Shown in pieces: positions 10,601 through 22,600 of a stretch of DNA of 62,892 nucleotides (positions are counted from its first letter, which is position 1; each line of letters begins with the position of its first letter). The notes beneath the pieces were generated by a model. That model was not told the DNA's origin and ran no database searches. It was given only the letters and a program-made list of their open reading frames with translations. Origin of the DNA: Caecitellus pseudoparvulus. Taxonomy: Eukaryota > Protista > Bigyra: Bicosoecida. The position numbers and the translations under genes are program-made. The stretch is from the NCBI GenBank assembly GCA_965644315.1, contig CBFFRQ010000147.1:1-62892 (forward strand). The letters run 5' to 3'.

Positions 10601-13600
10601 ACGCCCGGCACGGCGTTGAAGGTGGTGCTGCTGAGTGAGGACGGGACGGCGCACGTGACGTCGACGACGAGCTTCGTGCCTGAGCTGGTGAACGTGCAGG
10701 AGCTGCCGGCGGCTGCATCCATCACGTACGGGAGCTTGCAGGCGGTGTCTGAGAATGCCGGGTCGACGTCCGACCTGGTGGATGTGACGCTGGCTGTGGA
10801 CGAGGTGGAGCACGGGTACGTGGGGTTCCTGCAGGTGGTGTCGGTGGCAGACGGGACGCCGCTGGCCACGCCTGCTGGCGGGGACACGACGTTGACGCTG
10901 ACGCCCCACAAGACTGGCAGCGCCGACGTGGACGTGACGGTGCTGGAGCACCTGACGTTTGAGCTGCCGTCCAGCGCGTGGTCTCGGTCGGGTGCCAGCG
11001 TGGTGGCGACGGTGGGCGTGGCGGACTTTGACCTGGAGGCAGTGCTGACGGAGCAGGGCGTGGACTACAGTGACTATGACGCTGCCGGCACGCCCGGCAC
11101 GGCGTTGAAGGTGGTGCTGCTGAGTGAGGACGGGACGGCGCACGTGACGTCGACGACGAGCTTCGTGCCTGAGCTGGTGAACGTGCAGGAGCTGCCGGCG
11201 GCTGCATCCATCACGTACGGGAGCTTGCAGGCGGTGTCTGAGAATGCCGGGTCGACGTCCGACCTGGTGGATGTGACGCTGGCTGTGGACGAGGTGGAGC
11301 ACGGGTACGTGGGGTTCCTGCAGGTGGTGTCGGTGGCAGACGGGACGCCGCTGGCCACGCCTGCTGGCGGGGACACGACGTTGACGCTGACGCCCCACAA
11401 GACTGGCAGCGCCGACGTGGACGTGACGGTGCTGGAGCACCTGACGTTTGAGCTGCCGTCCAGCGCGTGGTCTCGGTCGGGTGCCAGCGTGGTGGCGACG
11501 GTGGGCGTGGCGGACTTTGACCTGGAGGCAGTGCTGACGGAGCAGGGCGTGGACTACAGTGACTATGACGCTGCCGGCACGCCCGGCACGGCGTTGAAGG
11601 TGGTGCTGCTGAGTGAGGACGGGACGGCGCACGTGACGTCGACGACGAGCTTCGTGCCTGAGCTGGTGAACGTGCAGGAGCTGCCGGCGGCTGCATCCAT
11701 CACGTACGGGAGCTTGCAGGCGGTGTCTGAGAATGCCGGGTCGACGTCCGACCTGGTGGATGTGACGCTGGCTGTGGACGAGGTGGAGCACGGGTACGTG
11801 GGGTTCCTGCAGGTGGTGTCGGTGGCAGACGGGACGCCGCTGGCCACGCCTGCTGGCGGGGACACGACGTTGACGCTGACACCCCACAAGACTGGCAGCG
11901 CCGACGTGGACGTGACGGTGCTGGAGCACCTGACGTTTGAGCTGCCGTCCAGCGCGTGGTCTCGGTCGGGTGCCAGCGTGGTGGCGACGGTGGGCGTGGC
12001 GGACTTTGACCTGGAGGCAGTGCTGACGGAGCAGGGCGTGGACTACAGTGACTATGACGCTGCCGGCACGCCCGGCACGGCGTTGAAGGTGGTGCTGCTG
12101 AGTGAGGACGGGACGGCGCACGTGACGTCGACGACGAGCTTCGTGCCTGAGCTGGTGAACGTGCAGGAGCTGCCGGCGGCTGCATCCATCACGTACGGGA
12201 GCTTGCAGGCGGTGTCTGAGAATGCCGGGTCGACGTCCGACCTGGTGGATGTGACGCTGGCTGTGGACGAGGTGGAGCACGGGTACGTGGGGTTCCTGCA
12301 GGTGGTGTCGGTGGCAGACGGGACGCCGCTGGCCACGCCTGCTGGCGGGGACACGACGTTGACGCTGACGCCCCACAAGACTGGCAGCGCCGACGTGGAC
12401 GTGACGGTGCTGGAGCACCTGACGTTTGAGCTGCCGTCCAGCGCGTGGTCTCGGTCGGGTGCCAGCGTGGTGGCGACGGTGGGCGTGGCGGACTTTGACC
12501 TGGAGGCAGTGCTGACGGAGCAGGGCGTGGACTACAGTGACTATGACGCTGCCGGCACGCCCGGCACGGCGTTGAAGGTGGTGCTGCTGAGTGAGGACGG
12601 GACGGCGCACGTGACGTCGACGACGAGCTTCGTGCCTGAGCTGGTGAACGTGCAGGAGCTGCCGGCGGCTGCATCCATCACGTACGGGAGCTTGCAGGCG
12701 GTGTCTGAGAATGCCGGGTCGACGTCCGACCTGGTGGATGTGACGCTGGCTGTGGACGAGGTGGAGCACGGGTACGTGGGGTTCCTGCAGGTGGTGTCGG
12801 TGGCAGACGGGACGCCGCTGGCCACGCCTGCTGGCGGGGACACGACGTTGACGCTGACACCCCACAAGACTGGCAGCGCCGACGTGGACGTGACGGTGCT
12901 GGAGCACCTGACGTTTGAGCTGCCGTCCAGCGCGTGGTCTCGGTCGGGTGCCAGCGTGGTGGCGACGGTGGGCGTGGCGGACTTTGACCTGGAGGCAGTG
13001 CTGACGGAGCAGGGCGTGGACTACAGTGACTATGACGCTGCCGGCACGCCCGGCACGGCGTTGAAGGTGGTGCTGCTGAGTGAGGACGGGACGGCGCACG
13101 TGACGTCGACGACGAGCTTCGTGCCTGAGCTGGTGAACGTGCAGGAGCTGCCGGCGGCTGCATCCATCACGTACGGGAGCTTGCAGGCGGTGTCTGAGAA
13201 TGCCGGGTCGACGTCCGACCTGGTGGATGTGACGCTGGCTGTGGACGAGGTGGAGCACGGGTACGTGGGGTTCCTGCAGGTGGTGTCGGTGGCAGACGGG
13301 ACGCCGCTGGCCACGCCTGCTGGCGGGGACACGACGTTGACGCTGACACCCCACAAGACTGGCAGCGCCGACGTGGACGTGACGGTGCTGGAGCACCTGA
13401 CGTTTGAGCTGCCGTCCAGCGCGTGGTCTCGGTCGGGTGCCAGCGTGGTGGCGACGGTGGGCGTGGCGGACTTTGACCTGGAGGCAGTGCTGACGGAGCA
13501 GGGCGTGGACTACAGTGACTATGACGCTGCCGGCACGCCCGGCACGGCGTTGAAGGTGGTGCTGCTGAGTGAGGACGGGACGGCGCACGTGACGTCGACG

Positions 13601-16600
13601 ACGAGCTTCGTGCCTGAGCTGGTGAACGTGCAGGAGCTGCCGGCGGCTGCATCCATCACGTACGGGAGCTTGCAGGCGGTGTCTGAGAATGCCGGGTCGA
13701 CGTCCGACCTGGTGGATGTGACGCTGGCTGTGGACGAGGTGGAGCACGGGTACGTGGGGTTCCTGCAGGTGGTGTCGGTGGCAGACGGGACGCCGCTGGC
13801 CACGCCTGCTGGCGGGGACACGACGTTGACGCTGACACCCCACAAGACTGGCAGCGCCGACGTGGACGTGACGGTGCTGGAGCACCTGACGTTTGAGCTG
13901 CCGTCCAGCGCGTGGTCTCGGTCGGGTGCCAGCGTGGTGGCGACGGTGGGCGTGGCGGACTTTGACCTGGAGGCAGTGCTGACGGAGCAGGGCGTGGACT
14001 ACAGTGACTATGACGCTGCCGGCACGCCCGGCACGGCGTTGAAGGTGGTGCTGCTGAGTGAGGACGGGACGGCGCACGTGACGTCGACGACGAGCTTCGT
14101 GCCTGAGCTGGTGAACGTGCAGGAGCTGCCGGCGGCTGCATCCATCACGTACGGGAGCTTGCAGGCGGTGTCTGAGAATGCCGGGTCGACGTCCGACCTG
14201 GTGGATGTGACGCTGGCTGTGGACGAGGTGGAGCACGGGTACGTGGGGTTCCTGCAGGTGGTGTCGGTGGCAGACGGGACGCCGCTGGCCACGCCTGCTG
14301 GCGGGGACACGACGTTGACGCTGACGCCCCACAAGACTGGCAGCGCCGACGTGGACGTGACGGTGCTGGAGCACCTGACGTTTGAGCTGCCGTCCAGCGC
14401 GTGGTCTCGGTCGGGTGCCAGCGTGGTGGCGACGGTGGGCGTGGCGGACTTTGACCTGGAGGCAGTGCTGACGGAGCAGGGCGTGGACTACAGTGACTAT
14501 GACGCTGCCGGCACGCCCGGCACGGCGTTGAAGGTGGTGCTGCTGAGTGAGGACGGGACGGCGCACGTGACGTCGACGACGAGCTTCGTGCCTGAGCTGG
14601 TGAACGCGCAGGAGCTGCCGGCGGCTGCATCCATCACGTACGGGAGCTTGCAGGCGGTGTCTGAGAATGCCGGGTCGACGTCCGACCTGGTGGATGTGAC
14701 GCTGGCTGTGGACGAGGTGGAGCACGGGTACGTGGGGTTCCTGCAGGTGGTGTCGGTGGCAGACGGGACGCCGCTGGCCACGCCTGCTGGCGGGGACACG
14801 ACGTTGACGCTGACGCCCCACAAGACTGGCAGCGCCGACGTGGACGTGACGGTGCTGGAGCACCTGACGTTTGAGCTGCCGTCCAGCGCGTGGTCTCGGT
14901 CGGGTGCCAGCGTGGTGGCGACGGTGGGCGTGGCGGACTTTGACCTGGAGGCAGTGCTGACGGAGCAGGGCGTGGACTACAGTGACTATGACGCTGCCGG
15001 CACGCCCGGCACGGCGTTGAAGGTGGTGCTGCTGAGTGAGGACGGGACGGCGCACGTGACGTCGACGACGAGCTTCGTGCCTGAGCTGGTGAACGCGCAG
15101 GAGCTTCCGGCGGCTGCATCCATCACGTACGGGAGCTTGCAGGCGGTGTCTGAGAATGCCGGGTCGACGTCCGACCTGGTGGATGTGACGCTGGCTGTGG
15201 ACGAGGTGGAGCACGGGTACGTGGGGTTCCTGCAGGTGGTGTCGGTGGCAGACGGGACGCCGCTGGCCACGCCTGCTGGCGGGGACACGACGTTGACGCT
15301 GACACCCCACAAGACTGGCAGCGCCGACGTGGACGTGACGGTGCTGGAGCACCTGACGTTTGAGCTGCCGTCCAGCGCGTGGTCTCGGTCGGGTGCCAGC
15401 GTGGTGGCGACGGTGGGCGTGGCGGACTTTGACCTGGAGGCAGTGCTGACGGAGCAGGGCGTGGACTACAGTGACTATGACGCTGCCGGCACGCCCGGCA
15501 CGGCGTTGAAGGTGGTGCTGCTGAGTGAGGACGGGACGGCGCACGTGACGTCGACGACGAGCTTCGTGCCTGAGCTGGTGAACGTGCAGGAGCTGCCGGC
15601 GGCTGCATCCATCACGTACGGGAGCTTGCAGGCGGTGTCTGAGAATGCCGGGTCGACGTCCGACCTGGTGGATGTGACGCTGGCTGTGGACGAGGTGGAG
15701 CACGGGTACGTGGGGTTCCTGCAGGTGGTGTCGGTGGCAGACGGGACGCCGCTGGCCACGCCTGCTGGCGGGGACACGACGTTGACGCTGACACCTCACA
15801 AGACTGGCAGCGCCGACGTGGACGTGACGGTGCTGGAGCACCTGACGTTTGAGCTGCCGTCCAGCGCGTGGTCTCGGTCGGGTGCCAGCGTGGTGGCGAC
15901 GGTGGGCGTGGCGGACTTTGACCTGGAGGCAGTGCTGACGGAGCAGGGCGTGGACTACAGTGACTATGACGCTGCCGGCACGCCCGGCACGGCGTTGAAG
16001 GTGGTGCTGCTGAGTGAGGACGGGACGGCGCACGTGACGTCGACGACGAGCTTCGTGCCTGAGCTGGTGAACGTGCAGGAGCTGCCGGCGGCTGCATCCA
16101 TCACGTACGGGAGCTTGCAGGCGGTGTCTGAGAATGCCGGGTCGACGTCCGACCTGGTGGATGTGACGCTGGCTGTGGACGAGGTGGAGCACGGGTACGT
16201 GGGGTTCCTGCAGGTGGTGTCGGTGGCAGACGGGACGCCGCTGGCCACGCCTGCTGGCGGGGACACGACGTTGACGCTGACACCTCACAAGACTGGCAGC
16301 GCCGACGTGGACGTGACGGTGCTGGAGCACCTGACGTTTGAGCTGCCGTCCAGCGCGTGGTCTCGGTCGGGTGCCAGCGTGGTGGCGACGGTGGGCGTGG
16401 CGGACTTTGACCTGGAGGCAGTGCTGACGGAGCAGGGCGTGGACTACAGTGACTATGACGCTGCCGGCACGCCCGGCACGGCGTTGAAGGTGGTGCTGCT
16501 GAGTGAGGACGGGACGGCGCACGTGACGTCGACGACGAGCTTCGTGCCTGAGCTGGTGAACGTGCAGGAGCTGCCGGCGGCTGCATCCATCACGTACGGG

Positions 16601-19600
16601 AGCTTGCAGGCGGTGTCTGAGAATGCCGGGTCGACGTCCGACCTGGTGGATGTGACGCTGGCTGTGGACGAGGTGGAGCACGGGTACGTGGGGTTCCTGC
16701 AGGTGGTGTCGGTGGCAGACGGGACGCCGCTGGCCACGCCTGCTGGCGGGGACACGACGTTGACGCTGACACCCCACAAGACTGGCAGCGCCGACGTGGA
16801 CGTGACGGTGCTGGAGCACCTGACGTTTGAGCTGCCGTCCAGCGCGTGGTCTCGGTCGGGTGCCAGCGTGGTGGCGACGGTGGGCGTGGCGGACTTTGAC
16901 CTGGAGGCAGTGCTGACGGAGCAGGGCGTGGACTACAGTGACTATGACGCTGCCGGCACGCCCGGCACGGCGTTGAAGGTGGTGCTGCTGAGTGAGGACG
17001 GGACGGCGCACGTGACGTCGACGACGAGCTTCGTGCCTGAGCTGGTGAACGCGCAGGAGCTGCCGGCGGCTGCATCCATCACGTACGGGAGCTTGCAGGC
17101 GGTGTCTGAGAATGCCGGGTCGACGTCCGACCTGGTGGATGTGACGCTGGCTGTGGACGAGGTGGAGCACGGGTACGTGGGGTTCCTGCAGGTGGTGTCG
17201 GTGGCAGACGGGACGCCGCTGGCCACGCCTGCTGGCGGGGACACGACGTTGACGCTGACGCCCCACAAGACTGGCAGCGCCGACGTGGACGTGACGGTGC
17301 TGGAGCACCTGACGTTTGAGCTGCCGTCCAGCGCGTGGTCTCGGTCGGGTGCCAGCGTGGTGGCGACGGTGGGCGTGGCGGACTTTGACCTGGAGGCAGT
17401 GCTGACGGAGCAGGGCGTGGACTACAGTGACTATGACGCTGCCGGCACGCCCGGCACGGCGTTGAAGGTGGTGCTGCTGAGTGAGGACGGGACGGCGCAC
17501 GTGACGTCGACGACGAGCTTCGTGCCTGAGCTGGTGAACGTGCAGGAGCTGCCGGCGGCTGCATCCATCACGTACGGGAGCTTGCAGGCGGTGTCTGAGA
17601 ATGCCGGGTCGACGTCCGACCTGGTGGATGTGACGCTGGCTGTGGACGAGGTGGAGCACGGGTACGTGGGGTTCCTGCAGGTGGTGTCGGTGGCAGACGG
17701 GACGCCGCTGGCCACGCCTGCTGGCGGGGACACGACGTTGACGCTGACACCTCACAAGACTGGCAGCGCCGACGTGGACGTGACGGTGCTGGAGCACCTG
17801 ACGTTTGAGCTGCCGTCCAGCGCGTGGTCTCGGTCGGGTGCCAGCGTGGTGGCGACGGTGGGCGTGGCGGACTTTGACCTGGAGGCAGTGCTGACGGAGC
17901 AGGGCGTGGACTACAGTGACTATGACGCTGCCGGCACGCCCGGCACGGCGTTGAAGGTGGTGCTGCTGAGTGAGGACGGGACGGCGCACGTGACGTCGAC
18001 GACGAGCTTCGTGCCTGAGCTGGTGAACGTGCAGGAGCTGCCGGCGGCTGCATCCATCACGTACGGGAGCTTGCAGGCGGTGTCTGAGAATGCCGGGTCG
18101 ACGTCCGACCTGGTGGATGTGACGCTGGCTGTGGACGAGGTGGAGCACGGGTACGTGGGGTTCCTGCAGGTGGTGTCGGTGGCAGACGGGACGCCGCTGG
18201 CCACGCCTGCTGGCGGGGACACGACGTTGACGCTGACACCTCACAAGACTGGCAGCGCCGACGTGGACGTGACGGTGCTGGAGCACCTGACGTTTGAGCT
18301 GCCGTCCAGCGCGTGGTCTCGGTCGGGTGCCAGCGTGGTGGCGACGGTGGGCGTGGCGGACTTTGACCTGGAGGCAGTGCTGACGGAGCAGGGCGTGGAC
18401 TACAGTGACTATGACGCTGCCGGCACGCCCGGCACGGCGTTGAAGGTGGTGCTGCTGAGTGAGGACGGGACGGCGCACGTGACGTCGACGACGAGCTTCG
18501 TGCCTGAGCTGGTGAACGTGCAGGAGCTGCCGGCGGCTGCATCCATCACGTACGGGAGCTTGCAGGCGGTGTCTGAGAATGCCGGGTCGACGTCCGACCT
18601 GGTGGATGTGACGCTGGCTGTGGACGAGGTGGAGCACGGGTACGTGGGGTTCCTGCAGGTGGTGTCGGTGGCAGACGGGACGCCGCTGGCCACGCCTGCT
18701 GGCGGGGACACGACGTTGACGCTGACGCCCCACAAGACTGGCAGCGCCGACGTGGACGTGACGGTGCTGGAGCACCTGACGTTTGAGCTGCCGTCCAGCG
18801 CGTGGTCTCGGTCGGGTGCCAGCGTGGTGGCGACGGTGGGCGTGGCGGACTTTGACCTGGAGGCAGTGCTGACGGAGCAGGGCGTGGACTACAGTGACTA
18901 TGACGCTGCCGGCACGCCCGGCACGGCGTTGAAGGTGGTGCTGCTGAGTGAGGACGGGACGGCGCACGTGACGTCGACGACGAGCTTCGTGCCTGAGCTG
19001 GTGAACGTGCAGGAGCTGCCGGCGGCTGCATCCATCACGTACGGGAGCTTGCAGGCGGTGTCTGAGAATGCCGGGTCGACGTCCGACCTGGTGGATGTGA
19101 CGCTGGCTGTGGACGAGGTGGAGCACGGGTACGTGGGGTTCCTGCAGGTGGTGTCGGTGGCAGACGGGACGCCGCTGGCCACGCCTGCTGGCGGGGACAC
19201 GACGTTGACGCTGACACCTCACAAGACTGGCAGCGCCGACGTGGACGTGACGGTGCTGGAGCACCTGACGTTTGAGCTGCCGTCCAGCGCGTGGTCTCGG
19301 TCGGGTGCCAGCGTGGTGGCGACGGTGGGCGTGGCGGACTTTGACCTGGAGGCAGTGCTGACGGAGCAGGGCGTGGACTACAGTGACTATGACGCTGCCG
19401 GCACGCCCGGCACGGCGTTGAAGGTGGTGCTGCTGAGTGAGGACGGGACGGCGCACGTGACGTCGACGACGAGCTTCGTGCCTGAGCTGGTGAACGTGCA
19501 GGAGCTGCCGGCGGCTGCATCCATCACGTACGGGAGCTTGCAGGCGGTGTCTGAGAATGCCGGGTCGACGTCCGACCTGGTGGATGTGACGCTGGCTGTG

Positions 19601-22600
19601 GACGAGGTGGAGCACGGGTACGTGGGGTTCCTGCAGGTGGTGTCGGTGGCAGACGGGACGCCGCTGGCCACGCCTGCTGGCGGGGACACGACGTTGACGC
19701 TGACACCCCACAAGACTGGCAGCGCCGACGTGGACGTGACGGTGCTGGAGCACCTGACGTTTGAGCTGCCGTCCAGCGCGTGGTCTCGGTCGGGTGCCAG
19801 CGTGGTGGCGACGGTGGGCGTGGCGGACTTTGACCTGGAGGCAGTGCTGACGGAGCAGGGCGTGGACTACAGTGACTATGACGCTGCCGGCACGCCCGGC
19901 ACGGCGTTGAAGGTGGTGCTGCTGAGTGAGGACGGGACGGCGCACGTGACGTCGACGACGAGCTTCGTGCCTGAGCTGGTGAACGTGCAGGAGCTGCCGG
20001 CGGCTGCATCCATCACGTACGGGAGCTTGCAGGCGGTGTCTGAGAATGCCGGGTCGACGTCCGACCTGGTGGATGTGACGCTGGCTGTGGACGAGGTGGA
20101 GCACGGGTACGTGGGGTTCCTGCAGGTGGTGTCGGTGGCAGACGGGACGCCGCTGGCCACGCCTGCTGGCGGGGACACGACGTTGACGCTGACACCTCAC
20201 AAGACTGGCAGCGCCGACGTGGACGTGACGGTGCTGGAGCACCTGACGTTTGAGCTGCCGTCCAGCGCGTGGTCTCGGTCGGGTGCCAGCGTGGTGGCGA
20301 CGGTGGGCGTGGCGGACTTTGACCTGGAGGCAGTGCTGACGGAGCAGGGCGTGGACTACAGTGACTATGACGCTGCCGGCACGCCCGGCACGGCGTTGAA
20401 GGTGGTGCTGCTGAGTGAGGACGGGACGGCGCACGTGACGTCGACGACGAGCTTCGTGCCTGAGCTGGTGAACGTGCAGGAGCTGCCGGCGGCTGCATCC
20501 ATCACGTACGGGAGCTTGCAGGCGGTGTCTGAGAATGCCGGGTCGACGTCCGACCTGGTGGATGTGACGCTGGCTGTGGACGAGGTGGAGCACGGGTACG
20601 TGGGGTTCCTGCAGGTGGTGTCGGTGGCAGACGGGACGCCGCTGGCCACGCCTGCTGGCGGGGACACGACGTTGACGCTGACGCCCCACAAGACTGGCAG
20701 CGCCGACGTGGACGTGACGGTGCTGGAGCACCTGACGTTTGAGCTGCCGTCCAGCGCGTGGTCTCGGTCGGGTGCCAGCGTGGTGGCGACGGTGGGCGTG
20801 GCGGACTTTGACCTGGAGGCAGTGCTGACGGAGCAGGGCGTGGACTACAGTGACTATGACGCTGCCGGCACGCCCGGCACGGCGTTGAAGGTGGTGCTGC
20901 TGAGTGAGGACGGGACGGCGCACGTGACGTCGACGACGAGCTTCGTGCCTGAGCTGGTGAACGTGCAGGAGCTGCCGGCGGCTGCATCCATCACGTACGG
21001 GAGCTTGCAGGCGGTGTCTGAGAATGCCGGGTCGACGTCCGACCTGGTGGATGTGACGCTGGCTGTGGACGAGGTGGAGCACGGGTACGTGGGGTTCCTG
21101 CAGGTGGTGTCGGTGGCAGACGGGACGCCGCTGGCCACGCCTGCTGGCGGGGACACGACGTTGACGCTGACACCCCACAAGACTGGCAGCGCCGACGTGG
21201 ACGTGACGGTGCTGGAGCACCTGACGTTTGAGCTGCCGTCCAGCGCGTGGTCTCGGTCGGGTGCCAGCGTGGTGGCGACGGTGGGCGTGGCGGACTTTGA
21301 CCTGGAGGCAGTGCTGACGGAGCAGGGCGTGGACTACAGTGACTATGACGCTGCCGGCACGCCCGGCACGGCGTTGAAGGTGGTGCTGCTGAGTGAGGAC
21401 GGGACGGCGCACGTGACGTCGACGACGAGCTTCGTGCCTGAGCTGGTGAACGTCAAGGAGTATGACGAGGGTTTGCTTTTGAGTGTAAGTGTTTCAACAT
21501 CTTCAGATTCCGTCGAAGAGAACAACGTTGGAGCGACGTTAATCTCGGTGCTGGTCACTTCCATCGATGTGGAGGGTGATGATATCATCTCCGATGGATC
21601 TGTTACAAGTTTGGATGCAGCAAGCGATCCTCTCCCCGCAGCATTCGATGTTGGCTCATGGTCCGTTGCTGCCCCTGTCGCTTTGACACACTCGTTCTCC
21701 GGTACTGCTACGTTTAGCGTCGATGCTCCTGGCGCTGATTTTGAGGCCATTTTAATGGAAGATGCCGGTGGAGTTCCAACACCTCCTTTCCCAGGCACTT
21801 TTGACATTGAGTTCCTTGCGCAGTTTGAGTCAGGGGGCAACACTGCTTCGTCAACAACCCTTTTGCTCACCGTGTCCGATATGGATGAGCTTGCAACTGC
21901 TGTGTTCGATGGTGCGAGCACTGTGTATTGCTCTGAGCGTGAGAGCGGCAGTCAGATTGCGACTGCCAATGCTGACGGAACAGGTGGCTCCTTGGTCTTT
22001 ACAGTGGTTGACGAGGATTTCATCACTGATCCGTCTGATCCAGATCAGTTCATGTCCTTCTCGGGCTCAGTTCAGAGTGCGTATGCGAGTCACCTGCAGC
22101 AGAGCTTTGCGCCTGCAACCCACGAGTACAGCACATCAGGCACTGAAGTTGAATTTGGCATCCGATGCAGCCCGTTTGACTTTGAAGGCTTCGTCCACGC
22201 CTTTCCAGATGTGCCCAAAACTATGTCTGACACTCGGGCGACGTTTGGCTTTGATGTCGAGACGGATCCTTTTGGTTCCGCTTCGCAAGTTCTGAGTGAG
22301 ACGTTGACGATGGTTCTGGTCGACAAGAACGATCCCCCAACTGGAACTGGGCTTCTGCGGAACATGGGCTTTGTCATTCCTGAAAATTCTCCGGGCGGAA
22401 CACTTATTGGCCAGCTTGACACAGCTGACGAAGACAGGAGGCTTCGCGAGGATCCCATCACTTCGGTCAAGGTGTTCTCTCTGGGCGCGCAAGTCGAACC
22501 CTTCAAGCTTCCAAGCGGTGCATGGGCCATTCGTTCAACAGCAGATGCCACTTTTAATCTTGAGGATGCAGAGGGCTCATTTGGCTCAAACACACCTGAC

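Noticed and set aside
10325-21412. 3695-aa antisense ORF, plus the many 100-161 aa periodic minus-strand ORFs
   Set aside because: Shadows of the repeated sense unit: one stop-free 489-bp antisense frame is simply multiplied. The His/Arg/Gln-rich product is typical of antisense to GC3-rich coding DNA.
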